Source: an uncultured delta proteobacterium
GTDB taxonomy: Bacteria > Desulfobacterota > Syntrophia > Syntrophales > UBA4778
Length of the DNA stretch: 64,000 nucleotides
Reading direction: 5' to 3'
Assembly: GCA_963784735.1 (NCBI GenBank)
Contig: CAWASK010000013.1
Coordinates: 6,584 to 70,583, forward strand
The position numbers and the translations under genes were made by a program. The notes under the pieces were generated by a model that was not told the origin of the DNA, did no database searches, and saw only the letters and a program-made list of their open reading frames with translations. Each line of letters starts with the position of its first letter. Positions within the stretch are counted from its first letter, which is position 1. This document shows positions 27,862-39,702 of this stretch, piece by piece.

Positions 27862-29109
27862 TTGACAATTTTTTATTCTATTAAGGCTCAACGTCGACCT
27901 CACTACCGGATGGGCGCTATGGCTGATGACCGGAAGCTGGAATCCCTTCTCAATATCGGCATCGAACTGAACCAGATCAAGGACCTCGACATCCTCATGG
28001 AGAGGCTCCTGAGCGAGGCCAGGAGATTTGTCAACGCGGACGCGGGATCGATTTACATCCGCGACAAGGACTCCCTTGAATTTACCTACACGCAGAACGC
28101 AACGCTGCAGAAGCAGCTTCCCGAAAACGCCAGGCTCATCTATTCTACATTCAGCATACCGATAAACACGGACAGCATCGCGGGCTTCACGGCCGCCACC
28201 GGCGAATCGCTCAATATAGCCGATGCCTACGAACTGGACAGTTCCGTCCCGTACAGGTTCAGCCGCAGCTTCGACGAGAAGAGCGGCTACAGGACCACGT
28301 CGATCCTGACAATTCCCCTCAAGACTATCAGGAATGAGATCATTGGCGTCCTGCAGATTATAAACGCCCAGGACGAGAAGCTCCGGATAGTGCCGTTCAC
28401 GCAGCTCGACGAGATGGGAATGAAGCATTTTGCCGGGATAGCCTCAATGGCACTCGAGAGGGCGCAGCTCACGAGGGGCATACTCCTGCAGATGATCCGC
28501 ATGGCGGAAATGAGGGACCCCAAGGAAACAGGGGCGCATGCCAACAGGGTTGCAAGCTACGCCGTTGAGATCTTCCAGGAATGGGCCCGCAGAAGGAAAA
28601 TGGATCCGCGCGAGACTGACATGAAGCGCGATATTCTCCGCATGGCGGCCATGCTGCACGATGTCGGCAAAGTCGCCATCTCCGACGTGATTTTAAAAAA
28701 GCCCGGCAAGCTGACCGATGAGGAATATTCTGTCATGAAACAGCACACGGTCATGGGCGCCCGGCTCTTCCTGGAGCAGAACTCGGAATTTTCCGAGGCG
28801 GCTTATGATGTGGCCCTTAACCATCACGAGCGCTGGGACGGCAAAGGATATCCGGGATCCGAAGGGACGGGGGAGGTCCGGATCCCCAAAAAAGGAGAAG
28901 AGATCCCTCTGTTCGGCAGGATTGTGGCGGTCGCCGACGTGTATGATGCCTTGGTATCGTGCAGGTGCTACAAGGATTGCTTGGATAACAGCAAAGCCTT
29001 CGGGATTTTGCGGGAGGAAGCGGGCAAGCAATTCGACCCGGAGCTAATCGACATTTTCTTCTGCTGCGTCGATTCAATCCAGGCAATAAGAAACCGATAT
29101 CAAGATTAA
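27862..29109 (+). CDS. GAF-domain HD-GYP phosphodiesterase (start probably at an internal Met near 27907)
   Basis: N-terminal GAF-like region (ADAGSIYIRD...). C-terminal HD-GYP signature AAMLHDVGKVAI ... HHERWDGKGYPG. Confidence 0.85.
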   Translation: MTIFYSIKAQRRPHYRMGAMADDRKLESLLNIGIELNQIKDLDILMERLLSEARRFVNADAGSIYIRDKDSLEFTYTQNATLQKQLPENARLIYSTFSIPINTDSIAGFTAATGESLNIADAYELDSSVPYRFSRSFDEKSGYRTTSILTIPLKTIRNEIIGVLQIINAQDEKLRIVPFTQLDEMGMKHFAGIASMALERAQLTRGILLQMIRMAEMRDPKETGAHANRVASYAVEIFQEWARRRKMDPRETDMKRDILRMAAMLHDVGKVAISDVILKKPGKLTDEEYSVMKQHTVMGARLFLEQNSEFSEAAYDVALNHHERWDGKGYPGSEGTGEVRIPKKGEEIPLFGRIVAVADVYDALVSCRCYKDCLDNSKAFGILREEAGKQFDPELIDIFFCCVDSIQAIRNRYQD

Positions 29110-29246
29110 GGACAGGCGTCAGGCATTAGGCGAAAGGCGTTAGGAAAAAATGGCGGGATATATCCCGCCATCTCTATTAATTAGTAGTTTCCCAATGCCT
29201 AGTGCCTCATACCTGTCCTAACGCCTAATGCCTAATGCCTGCCTTA
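29107..29246. repeat. inverted arrays of 7-bp repeats (AGGCRTN left, NAYGCCT right) flanking a central palindrome
   Basis: The left arm CAGGCGT CAGGCAT TAGGCGA AAGGCGT TAGG and the right arm AATGCCT AGTGCCT CATACCT .. AACGCCT AATGCCT AATGCCT are mutually complementary. The right arm overlaps the last plsB codons. Confidence 0.5.
29150..29171. terminator. perfect 22-bp palindrome ATGGCGGGATATATCCCGCCAT, bidirectional terminator between convergent genes
   Basis: Read directly. Preceded by an A-run on the plus strand. Lies between the stop of the HD-GYP gene (29109) and the stop of plsB (29225). Confidence 0.55.
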
Positions 29247-31838
29247 CAGAAACCTGAATACCCTCTGCCTAACGAGTCCAGTGCCCTTTTGTCCTCCGCC
29301 AGGTAGTAGGTCCGGATCTCCCTTTCTTTCTTGTCGCGGGTGAGGGACAGGACCAGGATATCCGAATCGGCCAGGAATTTGAGGGCGTTGGTGTAGTTGG
29401 AGCTGGACAGCGACTCCGCCCGGGAGACCTCCCCTTTCTTGTACATCCTCGTGCCGAGCTGCTGGATTTTCCTGAGGAACTCCCTTTCGGTCTTGGGTTC
29501 CTTTTTCAGGTAAGAGCAGCCGCGGATCACCACCCAGTATGATTCCATGTAATTGTGGATCAGCCCGGCAAACGGCCTCAATCTGGTGCGGCCCCTGCCC
29601 CTTATCTCGATGCAGGTTTCGCCTTCGAGGTCGATGTCCTTGATCATCTTCTGCTCAAGCATGTAGGTGAGCATGGAATTCACTTCTTCGAGGTCGTCCT
29701 TCTTATCCTCAAAGATGAATTCGTTGCGGAAGAGCCTTTTCAGGAATTTGTAATCTTCTATTATCCTGTAAAGGGCCACCGAATCCTCTTTCTGGGCCAG
29801 GATGGATGTGGCGATGAAGGAAAGGGGGATAAAGAAATGCAGGACGTTGTTCTTGTAATATTCCAGGTTGAGCCTCTTGCCTTCCTCAACCGAATAAATG
29901 ATCTCCGCGACCTCTTCGGCCTTGTCCTCCTCTTCTATACCCATCTTTGAGATCAGGCCCTCGGACTCGAATATCAGCAGGGCATCGGAGATTGCCTTTT
30001 CCTTGTGGGCGAAGGTCGACGCCAGCGGGACGTTACGGAACTGGAGGAAATCATAGAACAGGTTTAAAATCAGTGTCAGGTCATCATGGGAGATGCCCCT
30101 CTGGAAACGGCACAGCAGGCAGGCCGCGATCAGGGAAAACGGGGTGACGACGGAAACCTTGTTTATCTCGGCCACTATTTCATAGCCCAGCTTCCTGTAG
30201 AAACTGCGCCTTTCATCTATCGACATCTGTTCGAAATGCTTCTCCAGTGATGAAAGGTAGGACTTCAGCAGGATCGGTTCGCCGGCGTTCACATACACCC
30301 GGCCATATCTTTTCCTCAGGATGCTGCTGTTGCGGATCACCGTCCCGGCGTTCTCTTTCTTCTTTGGCGCCCCGCCGAGTTCCCTCAGGTATGATTTTTC
30401 CTCTATTACGCGGTCATAGCCGATGAAGACGGGCAGAATGGCGAGGTCGCTGCTTATCCCCTCCTGGTAGGCCTGGATCACCATTGAAAGCAGCCCGTAG
30501 CGGGGCATGACCATCTTGCCGGTCCGGCTCCTGCCGCCCTCGATGAAAAACTCGACCGGGAGCCCTTCCTTGAGCAGCATTTTCAGGTACTTGGAAAAGA
30601 CAATCCCGTAGAGGTCATCACCCTTGAAACTCCTGCGGATGAAGAAAGCGCCCGATTTGCGGAAAATATACCCGAGCGGCCAGAACATCAGGTTTGTCCC
30701 CGCGGCTACAAAAGGCAGCGGGATATTGTTTTTTTCAAAAACATACGACAATAAGAGATAATCAATGTGGCTGCGGTGACAGGGGATGACCACAAAAGGC
30801 ATGCTTTTCGATATCTCCCTGATCCGGGCAAAGCCTTCCTTATCAACGACCACCCCGTCATAGATGTTGTTCCAGAGCCAGGTGAGGAGCCTGTCCCAGA
30901 TCTCGATGAAAAAGTCGTTGTAGTCGGCGGCGATTTCCTTGAGGTATTTCTCGGCCTCCCTGGTGAGGACCTTTGTATCCTTGCGGTCGCTCGTGGCCTC
31001 CTCTTCCATGTACTTGACCAGGTAAGGGTCTTTCAGCGTCAGGGCGCATGAGCTCGTCGCGGGACTTGAGAACGGGGCCGAAAATGGCCCTTTTCTCCTC
31101 GTCAACGCGGTCGATAAGTTCCTTGCGCAGCTGGAATGAAGCTGTTTCCGGCGACTTGCCTTCGGTTTTCCGGAGGAATTCATCCAGCCGCATCGGGCGA
31201 GCAAAGATCACCGATGCCTTCCGGGAGTGCCGGATATAGGTCATGAGCCTAAGGAACAGTCCCGGGTTCTCCCTCCCCCCCAGGAAAATCTCGCCCAGGC
31301 TCTTCTGCGTCTTTTCCCTCCTGCGCCCGTAAGTGACAAGGACAGGCACAATCATGACGGGGACCTGTTCAAATTGGGCCCCTACCAGGTTTTTGAGGCT
31401 GTCTTTCACATCGCCGGCCTTCAGCTCCGATTCCCGGAAATAGATTATGGAGCTCCTGCCCTGGAGGGTGTTGTCCACGAGGTAATTCGATTTTTTCCGC
31501 GAGCCTCCGAGCCGGGAAAATAAACTCTTGAGGACCCTGGAAATGGGCTGCCACAGGGCCATATTCATGTCGTGGCAGTAGGAGGGCTGCTGGATATCTA
31601 TCCTGGAAAGCACATCGGTCAGGATCAGTGTGCTCAGCTGGTGCCTGTTTTTCAGGGCATAGATGATCACGCCCTGGCCGGAGAATTTTTTGAGCTCTTC
31701 GAGATAGCTGTCGCGCAGCTCCACCCTGCAGCGGACTTCCCTTGCAAATATGCCCCCAAAGGACAGTCCCTCCCGATTGATCACGCCCATATTATAGTCC
31801 TGGGAGCCCGGCTTATGTTTTTCTGGCTGAATGGACAT
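29225..31838 (-). CDS. plsB: glycerol-3-phosphate 1-O-acyltransferase PlsB; one apparent frameshift near 31040
   Basis: Pieces 30858..31838 and 29225..31204 are collinear. H(X4)D acyltransferase motif VVIPCHRSHIDYLLLSYVF, then FFIRRSF and FIEGGRSRTGK. Confidence 0.85.
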
Positions 31839-31862
31839 TATTCCTTATGCTTTCAATCGGGG

Positions 31863-33633
31863 CTACTTCTCAGAGTAAAACTCGTCGGGAAAGCGTTTTG
31901 ACATGTAGCCCCTGACAAAACGTTCGATTTCGGCGGCCGTGTGAAATTTCATGGACTCTTCAAGGAGCGCTTTCGACTCCTCGATTGTCGAATGCCTGAT
32001 TATCTTTTTCACCCTGGGTATGGCAAGGGGATTCATGCTGAGTTCATCGAGGCCGAGGCCGAGCAGGACAAGGGTGAATGCAGGCTCTCCCGCCATTTCC
32101 CCGCAGATCGCCACCTTTATTCCCGCGTTGTGGGCGGATTCCACTATCATCCTGATGAGCCTCAAGATGGCCGGGTGGAGCGGATCGTAGAGATAGCTTA
32201 CCCTTTCATTGACGCGGTCTATCGCAAGCGTGTACTGGATCAGGTCGTTCGTCCCAATGCTGAAAAAATCGACCTCACGGGCAAGGCTGTCCGAAACGAT
32301 AACGGCGGACGGGACTTCGATCATGATCCCGATCTCGATATCTTTTCCAACCGGGATCTTTTCCGCTATGAGCTGGACCCTGACTTCTTCCAGGATAGCT
32401 TTTCACTTTCTGGATTTCCTCGAGTCCGGAAATCATCGGGAAGAGTATCCGGGTCTTCCCGTAAGAGCTCGCCCGCAGGATGGCCCTTAACTGCACCTTG
32501 AAAAGCTCGATTTCCTGCAGACAGAAACGTATGGCCCTCAAACCCATGACGGGGTTAAGCTCTTCGGCCACCTTGGGGTCGGATATGAACTTGTCGCCCC
32601 CGAGGTCAAACGTGCGGATTGTCGACCACTTGAGGCCCTTGCTTTCGATGACTTTCCTGTAATTGGCAAGGTGCTCTTCTTCGGTGGGCAGGTGCTCCTT
32701 GTTTATATATATGAATTCCGTTCGGTACAGCCCGATCCCTTCTGCACCATGAGCGACTGCCGTGGGGATCTCCTCGACGAACTCGATATTGGCCCCTATG
32801 GCAATATCATGTTTATCAAGGGTCACAGCGGGAAGGTGAGCTTCGCGCAGCAGGTCTTCTTCGAGGATTTCATAGTGTCTTTTCTTATCCTCATACCTCC
32901 TGAGCACGTCAGGGTCCGGGTTGATGATCACGAAGCCGTCACAGCCGTCGATTATTATTTCGTCGCTGTCCCGCACGTCACGGGTTATCCTTTCGAGTCC
33001 TATGACCGCAGGTATTCCCAGGGAGCGGGCCACGATGGCGGTGTGCGAAGTTTTACCCCCCATGTCTGTCGCAAAGCCAAGAATGTTGTCGATGCTCATC
33101 TGGACAGTATCCGCAGGCGAAAGGTCCCTGGAAACTATCACGACCTTATCTTCAATTTCCGATATCTTGGTGATTTTATTTCCGATCAGGTTGCGCAGGA
33201 TACGCTGCCCCACATATTCAACATCACTTATCCGTTCCTTCAGGTAACTGTCCTCAATCCTGCTGAACATGCTCCGGTATTTATCCAGGGTCATTTTGAG
33301 GGCCCATTCGGCATTCACCTTTTTCTCCCGGATATTGTCGATTGTCGTTTTCAGGAGAGTTTTGTCCCTGAGGATGAGGATATGGACATTGAGAATAAAA
33401 AAAGGCTCGATCTCGTGTTCGCTGAGGCTCTTTTTTATCTCCAGGAGCTGCTCCTTGGATTTCTTTATGGCGTAGCGGAATCTCTTGATCTCAGAGACTA
33501 TTTCGGAATGCTGCTTGAGATTGAAAAGAGGTGACTGGACCTCGGAGCGGTCCAGCACATGGACCTTGCCGAAAGCTATTCCGGGCGAAACGGCTATTCC
33601 TTTCAGCACTATGGTCCTCTTTGTTTCCATCAA
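31863..33633 (-). CDS. ptsI: phosphoenolpyruvate-protein phosphotransferase (PTS enzyme I); one apparent frameshift near 32310
   Basis: N-terminal GIAVSPGIAFGKVHVL, phospho-His region GGKTSHTAIVARSLGIPAV, and a PEP-utilising C-terminus FFSIGTNDLIQYTLAIDR in piece 31863..32324. Confidence 0.9.
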
Positions 33634-33896
33634 TCCTCTCCAAACTTATTTTCGATCAATCTGCCGATTTCTTCCAGCGCTTTTTCTTCGTCTGCGCCTT
33701 CAGCCCGGACTGTCAGCGAACTGCCCTTGGGGCAGGCCAGCGTCAAAATGCCCAGGATGCTCTTTCCATTGACCTGCTTTCCTTCCCTTTCCAGAAAGAT
33801 CCTCGACTTGAATTTATTGGAAATCTGGACGAGCAAAGCCGCCGCTCTCGCGTGGAGGCCCAGTTTATTTGTAACTGTGAATGTCTTTGCATTCAT
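33630..33896 (-). CDS. ptsH: phosphocarrier protein HPr
   Basis: 88 aa starting MNAKTFTVTNKLGLHARAAALLV (His-15 region), with GKSILGILTLACPKGS (Ser-46 region). 4-nt overlaps with both neighbouring genes. Confidence 0.85.
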   Translation of the reverse strand: MNAKTFTVTNKLGLHARAAALLVQISNKFKSRIFLEREGKQVNGKSILGILTLACPKGSSLTVRAEGADEEKALEEIGRLIENKFGED

Positions 33897-34678
33897 ATAA
33901 CGCTTGCCAGAAGGAGGAATAAAACAAAAGCGCCGTACAGTATCTTCAAAGATGAAATCCCCTGACGAATAATGAAGCAGCAAAGGAGAATTACCCCCAG
34001 CACCAGGATTTTTTCAGCCGCCCCGAATTCCGGCGATGCTATTCCGACTCCGGAGACACTGAACGCCAGCATCCCCAGCAGGACGGCCGACATCCAGCGG
34101 ATCCTCCTGGACATTAAGGGCAGGTTTAAATTCCGGATAAACTCGATGCCGTTTTTGCCCTTCCTGTAACCTTCAAAGAACCCCTTCACCCGAACCCAAA
34201 CCGGGACCGGGTTGTAAATAAAAAGCAGGATCAGGGGGGCGCTGATAAACCCTTTCAGTGCCGCCAATACCCCTATAGATGCCGCAAACGGCTTCAATGA
34301 GCCCCAGAAAAGGGAATCCCCCATTGCCGCATACGGCGCCATAAGTGTACTTTTCAGGGCATCTGATTCCGGGCAATTGCCGCCGGCCGATAATTCCTCT
34401 TCTACTTTAATCACGGACCCGATTATGGGACCCGACATATAAGGATTGGTGCTGAACAGTTGAAGATGTCTCTGCAGCATCCTGGCTGCCTCATCTTTGC
34501 TTCCGGCTGACTTCTTCAACACGGGGGCGATTGAAAATGCGAAACCCAGGTTGTGCATTCTCCAGAAATTCCGGGAAGACTGGATGGAAAGAGACCGGAT
34601 TAAAACACCCCAGAGACTTCTGTTTTTTTCCGCGGACACGACCTCTCCAATTCTGAATTCGACCGGAGCCCAGTGCAA
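33893..34678 (-). CDS. PTS mannose/fructose/sorbose-family EIID-like membrane component
   Basis: 261 aa. LIRSLSIQSSRNFWRMHNLGFAFSIAPVLKK...RHLQLFSTNPYMSGPIIGSVIKVEEE matches the conserved EIID N-terminal signature. The C-terminus is hydrophobic. Confidence 0.65.
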   Translation of the reverse strand: MHWAPVEFRIGEVVSAEKNRSLWGVLIRSLSIQSSRNFWRMHNLGFAFSIAPVLKKSAGSKDEAARMLQRHLQLFSTNPYMSGPIIGSVIKVEEELSAGGNCPESDALKSTLMAPYAAMGDSLFWGSLKPFAASIGVLAALKGFISAPLILLFIYNPVPVWVRVKGFFEGYRKGKNGIEFIRNLNLPLMSRRIRWMSAVLLGMLAFSVSGVGIASPEFGAAEKILVLGVILLCCFIIRQGISSLKILYGAFVLFLLLASVI

Positions 34679-34743
34679 TTTTGTGTTCTTAGCATTTTTA
34701 ACTTATCCGGTCAATAATTATGGACTTTTTTTGCAATATTCCC

Positions 34744-34772
34744 TTGACAAATATATGTTAGGCTGGTATGCA
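34744..34772 (+). promoter_or_regulatory. sigma70-type promoter candidate TTGACA-17nt-TATGCA
   Basis: Consensus -35 and exact 17-nt spacer, about 85 nt upstream of the PxxKW gene ATG. Confidence 0.35.
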
Positions 34773-34796
34773 GATACGATTTAAATCTGCAGGTTG

Positions 34797-34829
34797 CCGG
34801 ATCGTTTGGTCTTGATCCGGTTTTCTTTT
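34797..34829 (+). terminator. hairpin plus U-tract inside the 5-prime leader of the PxxKW gene (possible attenuator)
   Basis: CCGGATC-gtttggtctt-GATCCGG followed by TTTTCTTTT. An outer CTGCA/TGCAG pairing extends the stem. Confidence 0.35.
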
Positions 34830-34856
34830 GCAGCAAAAAAACAGGGGGTGTTTCCA

Positions 34857-35138
34857 ATGGTTTGTCAGACAGTGAAGGCAGGGATGGAATGTGCTTTCAT
34901 GAGCAAGAACGGTTGCGGCTATACTGGCGGGATCTGCAAAACCATCGTCGAAAAGTGCGAAGGATGCAATAAGATAATCGAATACACATCAGCCAAATAT
35001 TGCCGTGTGTATCCCGATCCCAACGCCAAGTGGTCTATTGGCGGCTGCCCGACCGCGTCCCACGTCAAGAAAGGCAAAGAAGAAGTCGTTCAGAAGGTAA
35101 ATCCGCTGAAAGCTTCGAAAAGGTCCAAAAAAGGCTAA
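34857..35138 (+). CDS. PxxKW-family cysteine-rich small protein
   Basis: 93 aa starting MVCQTVKAGMECAFMSKNGCGYTGGICKT..CEGCNK..YCRVYPDPNAKWSIGGCP. Contains the P-x-x-K-W motif and a basic tail. RBS GGGGG lies upstream. Confidence 0.6.
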   Translation: MVCQTVKAGMECAFMSKNGCGYTGGICKTIVEKCEGCNKIIEYTSAKYCRVYPDPNAKWSIGGCPTASHVKKGKEEVVQKVNPLKASKRSKKG

Positions 35139-35145
35139 AAACCAG

Positions 35146-35180
35146 AAAGCCGGCAGGATTTACCCGGCCGGCTTTTTTTG
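35146..35180. terminator. rho-independent terminator (bidirectional)
   Basis: AAAGCCGGC-aggatttaccc-GCCGGCTTTTTTTG between convergent genes. Confidence 0.6.
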
Positions 35181-35183
35181 TTT

Positions 35184-35522
35184 TCAGTCAATCATCTTCC
35201 TTATTTCCAGAAGCCCCTTTTTTATTTCCAGGAGTATGTCGGAATCTTCTCGCGGCGCTGCGGTCATTCCTGATTTTTTCATGTCGAGAAGCTTCTGGCG
35301 GGCGCCGCTGATGGTGAATTTCTTATTGTAAAGCAGATCCTTTATGAGAAGGAGCTGTTCAAGGTCCTTTCTCCTGTAAAGGCGCTGCGAAGAGCTGGAC
35401 CTCTCCGGCCTGATCGATTTGAATTCGGTTTCCCAGTATCGAACCACGTAAGGTTCAACGCCCAGAATCCTGCTGACCTCACCTATTCGAAAGTACGCCT
35501 TTTCGGGAATCGTCACATTCAT
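35184..35522 (-). CDS. MerR family transcriptional regulator
   Basis: MNVTIPEKAYFRIGEVSRILGVEPYVVRYWETEF is the MerR HTH signature. It follows ihfA as in many deltaproteobacterial pheST-ihfA-merR clusters. Confidence 0.8.
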   Translation of the reverse strand: MNVTIPEKAYFRIGEVSRILGVEPYVVRYWETEFKSIRPERSSSSQRLYRRKDLEQLLLIKDLLYNKKFTISGARQKLLDMKKSGMTAAPREDSDILLEIKKGLLEIRKMID

Positions 35523-35567
35523 AATTCGACCTTCCCGGCATAAATCAGCCAATTAATTATGAAAAGC

Positions 35568-35843
35568 TTATTTGTTAAGGGCTCTCCTGAGAACCTGGCT
35601 CGATTTGAAGGTCAGAACCTTGCGCTGGCAAATCTCAATCTCGTCACCCGTTTGGGGATTTCTTCCCCGCCTGGATTTTTTTTCCTTTACGGCAAAATTC
35701 CCAAAGCCGGAAATCTTGATTTTCTCCCCCTGGGCCAGATTTTCCTTAATGATATCAAATACAGACTCAACTATCTTCGCGGAATCTTTCTTCGATAAAC
35801 CCAATTTGTCATAGACATTCTGAATTATATCAATTTTCGTCAT
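35568..35843 (-). CDS. ihfA: integration host factor subunit alpha (HU/IHF family)
   Basis: 91 aa with ISGFGNFAVKEKKSRRGRNPQTGDEIEI, the typical DNA-binding arm. Located downstream of pheT. Confidence 0.8.
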   Translation of the reverse strand: MTKIDIIQNVYDKLGLSKKDSAKIVESVFDIIKENLAQGEKIKISGFGNFAVKEKKSRRGRNPQTGDEIEICQRKVLTFKSSQVLRRALNK

Positions 35844-35870
35844 GAATCCCTCCCGTTAAAGGACCTGATA

Positions 35871-38280
35871 TTATTCCCCTCTGATTTTTGCTGACGTGGC
35901 TTCCAAAACAGCTTTCACGATGGCCCCATGAACCTTGTTCACCTCGTCATCGGTGAGAGTTCTTTCGGCGGAACGGTAGGTGAATCTGAGGGCCAGACTC
36001 TTGGCGCCTTCCGGAATATTTTTGCCTGTATATATATCAAAGACTTCTATTTTATCAAGTAAATCTTGATGTTGGACATTTGCGGCCTCAATGGCCCTTG
36101 CCGCTTCAATATCGCTTTTTAAAATAAACGCGACGTCCCTGGTCACTGCCGGGAAGCGGGGGATGCCTTTAAATTTTATTTCCTCGGAAAAAGCGGAGGC
36201 AATGAGGCCGGCGTCCAGTTCGAAAACGGCCGCCTTTCTCTTCAGGTCCATTTTTTCGATCACGTCGGGGTGAATGTCTCCTATGAATCCCGCCGCATGG
36301 CCGTTTACAAAGATTTCCGCAGCCCGCCCCGGATGGAGGAAAGGTATTCGATCCGGAAGCGATAAATGCCGCTTCCCTGATCTTCAGATTTTCGAAGAGG
36401 CTTTCGAGCAGTCCCTTGAGATCATAAAAGTCCAGGGATTCAGAGGCCCTCCAGAAATCCGAGTACCTTGCCCCCGAAACCAGGGCCGCAAGGCGCTGTT
36501 TTTCAAGGGGAGTTCGTCCTGTCCCCTGCCTATAAAGATTTTGCCCTGTTCAAAGATCTTCAGGTTTTCCGAACCGGAGAAGACATTCCTTTTCATGGTT
36601 CCCAGGAGCCCGAAAATAAGGTTCGTCCTCATCACGGACTGGTCTTCAGTGAGGGGATTTATTATCTTGACAAATCTCCTGCCCTCACCGTCCGGCTCGA
36701 GGTTTAAAAGATCTGCGGATTCGGGTGAAACGAAGCTGTAATTGATAACTTCAGTATATCCGTTCCCCAGGAAGACCGTCCTCGTCTTCTCTCCAACAAT
36801 CATCTCTCAAATCCCGGGTTTCCGGCTTTTCCGAAATATACGGCTGCGTCTCCGGGATATTTCCGTAGCCGTGAATCCTCGCGACCTCTTCAATGAGATC
36901 GATTTCCCTGTATATGTCTGTCCTAAAGGACGGCGGGTTCACGAGCAGGGCTGACTTTTTCACCATCCTTGACATCATCTCGAGTTTTTCGAGGATGGTT
37001 TTTGTTTCGAACAGGCTTATCTTTATGCCAAGTATCTCCTCGATCCTCGCGGACCTGAGGGGGATATTCACGGGCGTCAGGAGCTTCCGTGGATATTCGT
37101 CTATGTGGCCTTTGCAGACTTTCCCCTGAGCCGTCTCGGCCAGGAGCTGGGCGGCCCTGTCAAGGGCGCGGACGACGCCGTCAGGGTCTATGCCTCTCTC
37201 GAAGCGAAAGGCGGCGTCCGTTGACATGCCCAGCTGCTTCGAAGACCGGCGGATGGAGGAAGGGTCAAAATAGGCGCTTTCCAGCAGCACCGTTTCCGTA
37301 TCGTCCTGTACCTCGGAATTCAATCCGCCCATAATACCGGCAACCGCGACCGGCTTTCTGCCGTCGCAAATCATGAGTTGTTCGCGGAGAGGGTCCTGGG
37401 CTTGCCGTCAAGGGAGATGAATTCTTCTCCTTCTCCCGATTTGCGGACCACGATCCTGCCCTCTTCCAGATAGCGGAAATCGAAGGCATGCAGGGGCTGG
37501 CCGAATTCCATCATGACAAAATTGGTCACGTCCACGGCATTGTTGATCGATCTCAGGCCCAGGGCTTCCAGCCGCTGCCTCATCCATAGCGGCGAGGGGC
37601 CGATTTTTATATTCTTTAAAGGCGCGCGGTGTAACGGGGGCAGAGGTCAGGGTCGAGGATCTTGACCGATGTCAGTCATCTATGTCTTCATCTGTTTCGG
37701 TAAAGGTGATTTCCGGATAGCGAAGGTCCTTGCCGGTCAATGCCGCAATCTCCCTGGCTATCCCGATTATGCTGAGGCAGTCGGACCGGTTCGGGGTCAC
37801 TCCCACTTCGAGGACCACGTCCTTGAACTGCTCGGAAAGGGAGAGGTCTTCACCCGGTTGAATTCCTCGGGAAGGACCATTATCCCCGTATTGTCGCTCC
37901 CGATCCCCAGTTCCTCTTCCGAACAAAGCATGCCCTCTGACTGGACGCCCCTGATTTTCGAGCTTTTTATCCTGTACCCGCCGGGCAGGACCGCCCCGAC
38001 CCGGGCAAGGGGGACTTTCTGGCCTGCAGCCACATTGGGCGCCCCGCAGACTATGGGGAGAACCTCGCTGCCGGTTGAAACTTCGCACAAGGTGCAGTTT
38101 GTCCGCGTCGGGATGCGGCAGGAGAGAAATTATTTTGCCGACAATCACCCCGGAAAATTCCGGCCTTATTTCCTTAATCGAATCGACTTCCAGGCCCGCC
38201 ATTGTGAGTTTGTCGGCAAGCTCCTGCACGGGCAGTTCTATATCGACATAATCTCTGAGCCATTTTAGACTTACCAGCAT
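35871..38280 (-). CDS. pheT: phenylalanine-tRNA ligase beta subunit; at least four apparent frameshifts
   Basis: Five collinear pieces. N-terminal MLVSLKWLRDYVDIELPVQELADKLTMAGLEVD, B3/4 and B5 regions, and a C-terminal FDIYTGKNIPEGAKSLALRFTYRS anticodon-binding-like domain. Confidence 0.9.
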
Positions 38281-38295
38281 AGATTTTCTTCTTGG

Positions 38296-39313
<1,018 letters not shown>

Positions 39314-39317
<4 letters not shown>

Positions 39318-39667
39318 GCAGATTGACTTGTGGCCTCACTGACGATCTTTGAAAAAGCCTGGGGGTCATAAATAGCTATTTCGGAAAGGGTCTTCCTGTC
39401 CAGCTCCATACCCGTCTTTTTCATTCCGTTAATGAGCCTGCTGTAGGAAATATTGTTCTGCCTTGCAGCCGCGCTTATCCTGGCTATCCAGATGCTGCGG
39501 AATTCCCTTTTTCTGGCCCTGCGGTCGCGGAAGGCGAATTTCATGGCCCTTTCCACGGCCTCGGTCGCCACCCGGTAGAGCCTGCTTCTCGCACTGTAAT
39601 ATCCTTTGGCAAGTTTCAGGATCTTTCTTCTTTTTTTCCTGGCGTTAACGCCTCTCTTCACCCGCAT
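39314..39667 (-). CDS. rplT: 50S ribosomal protein L20
   Basis: 117 aa starting [34 protein letters not shown]. Confidence 0.95.
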
Positions 39668-39702
39668 TTCATGTTCTCCTTAAAATTTTCAGGTATCTCT
39701 CA

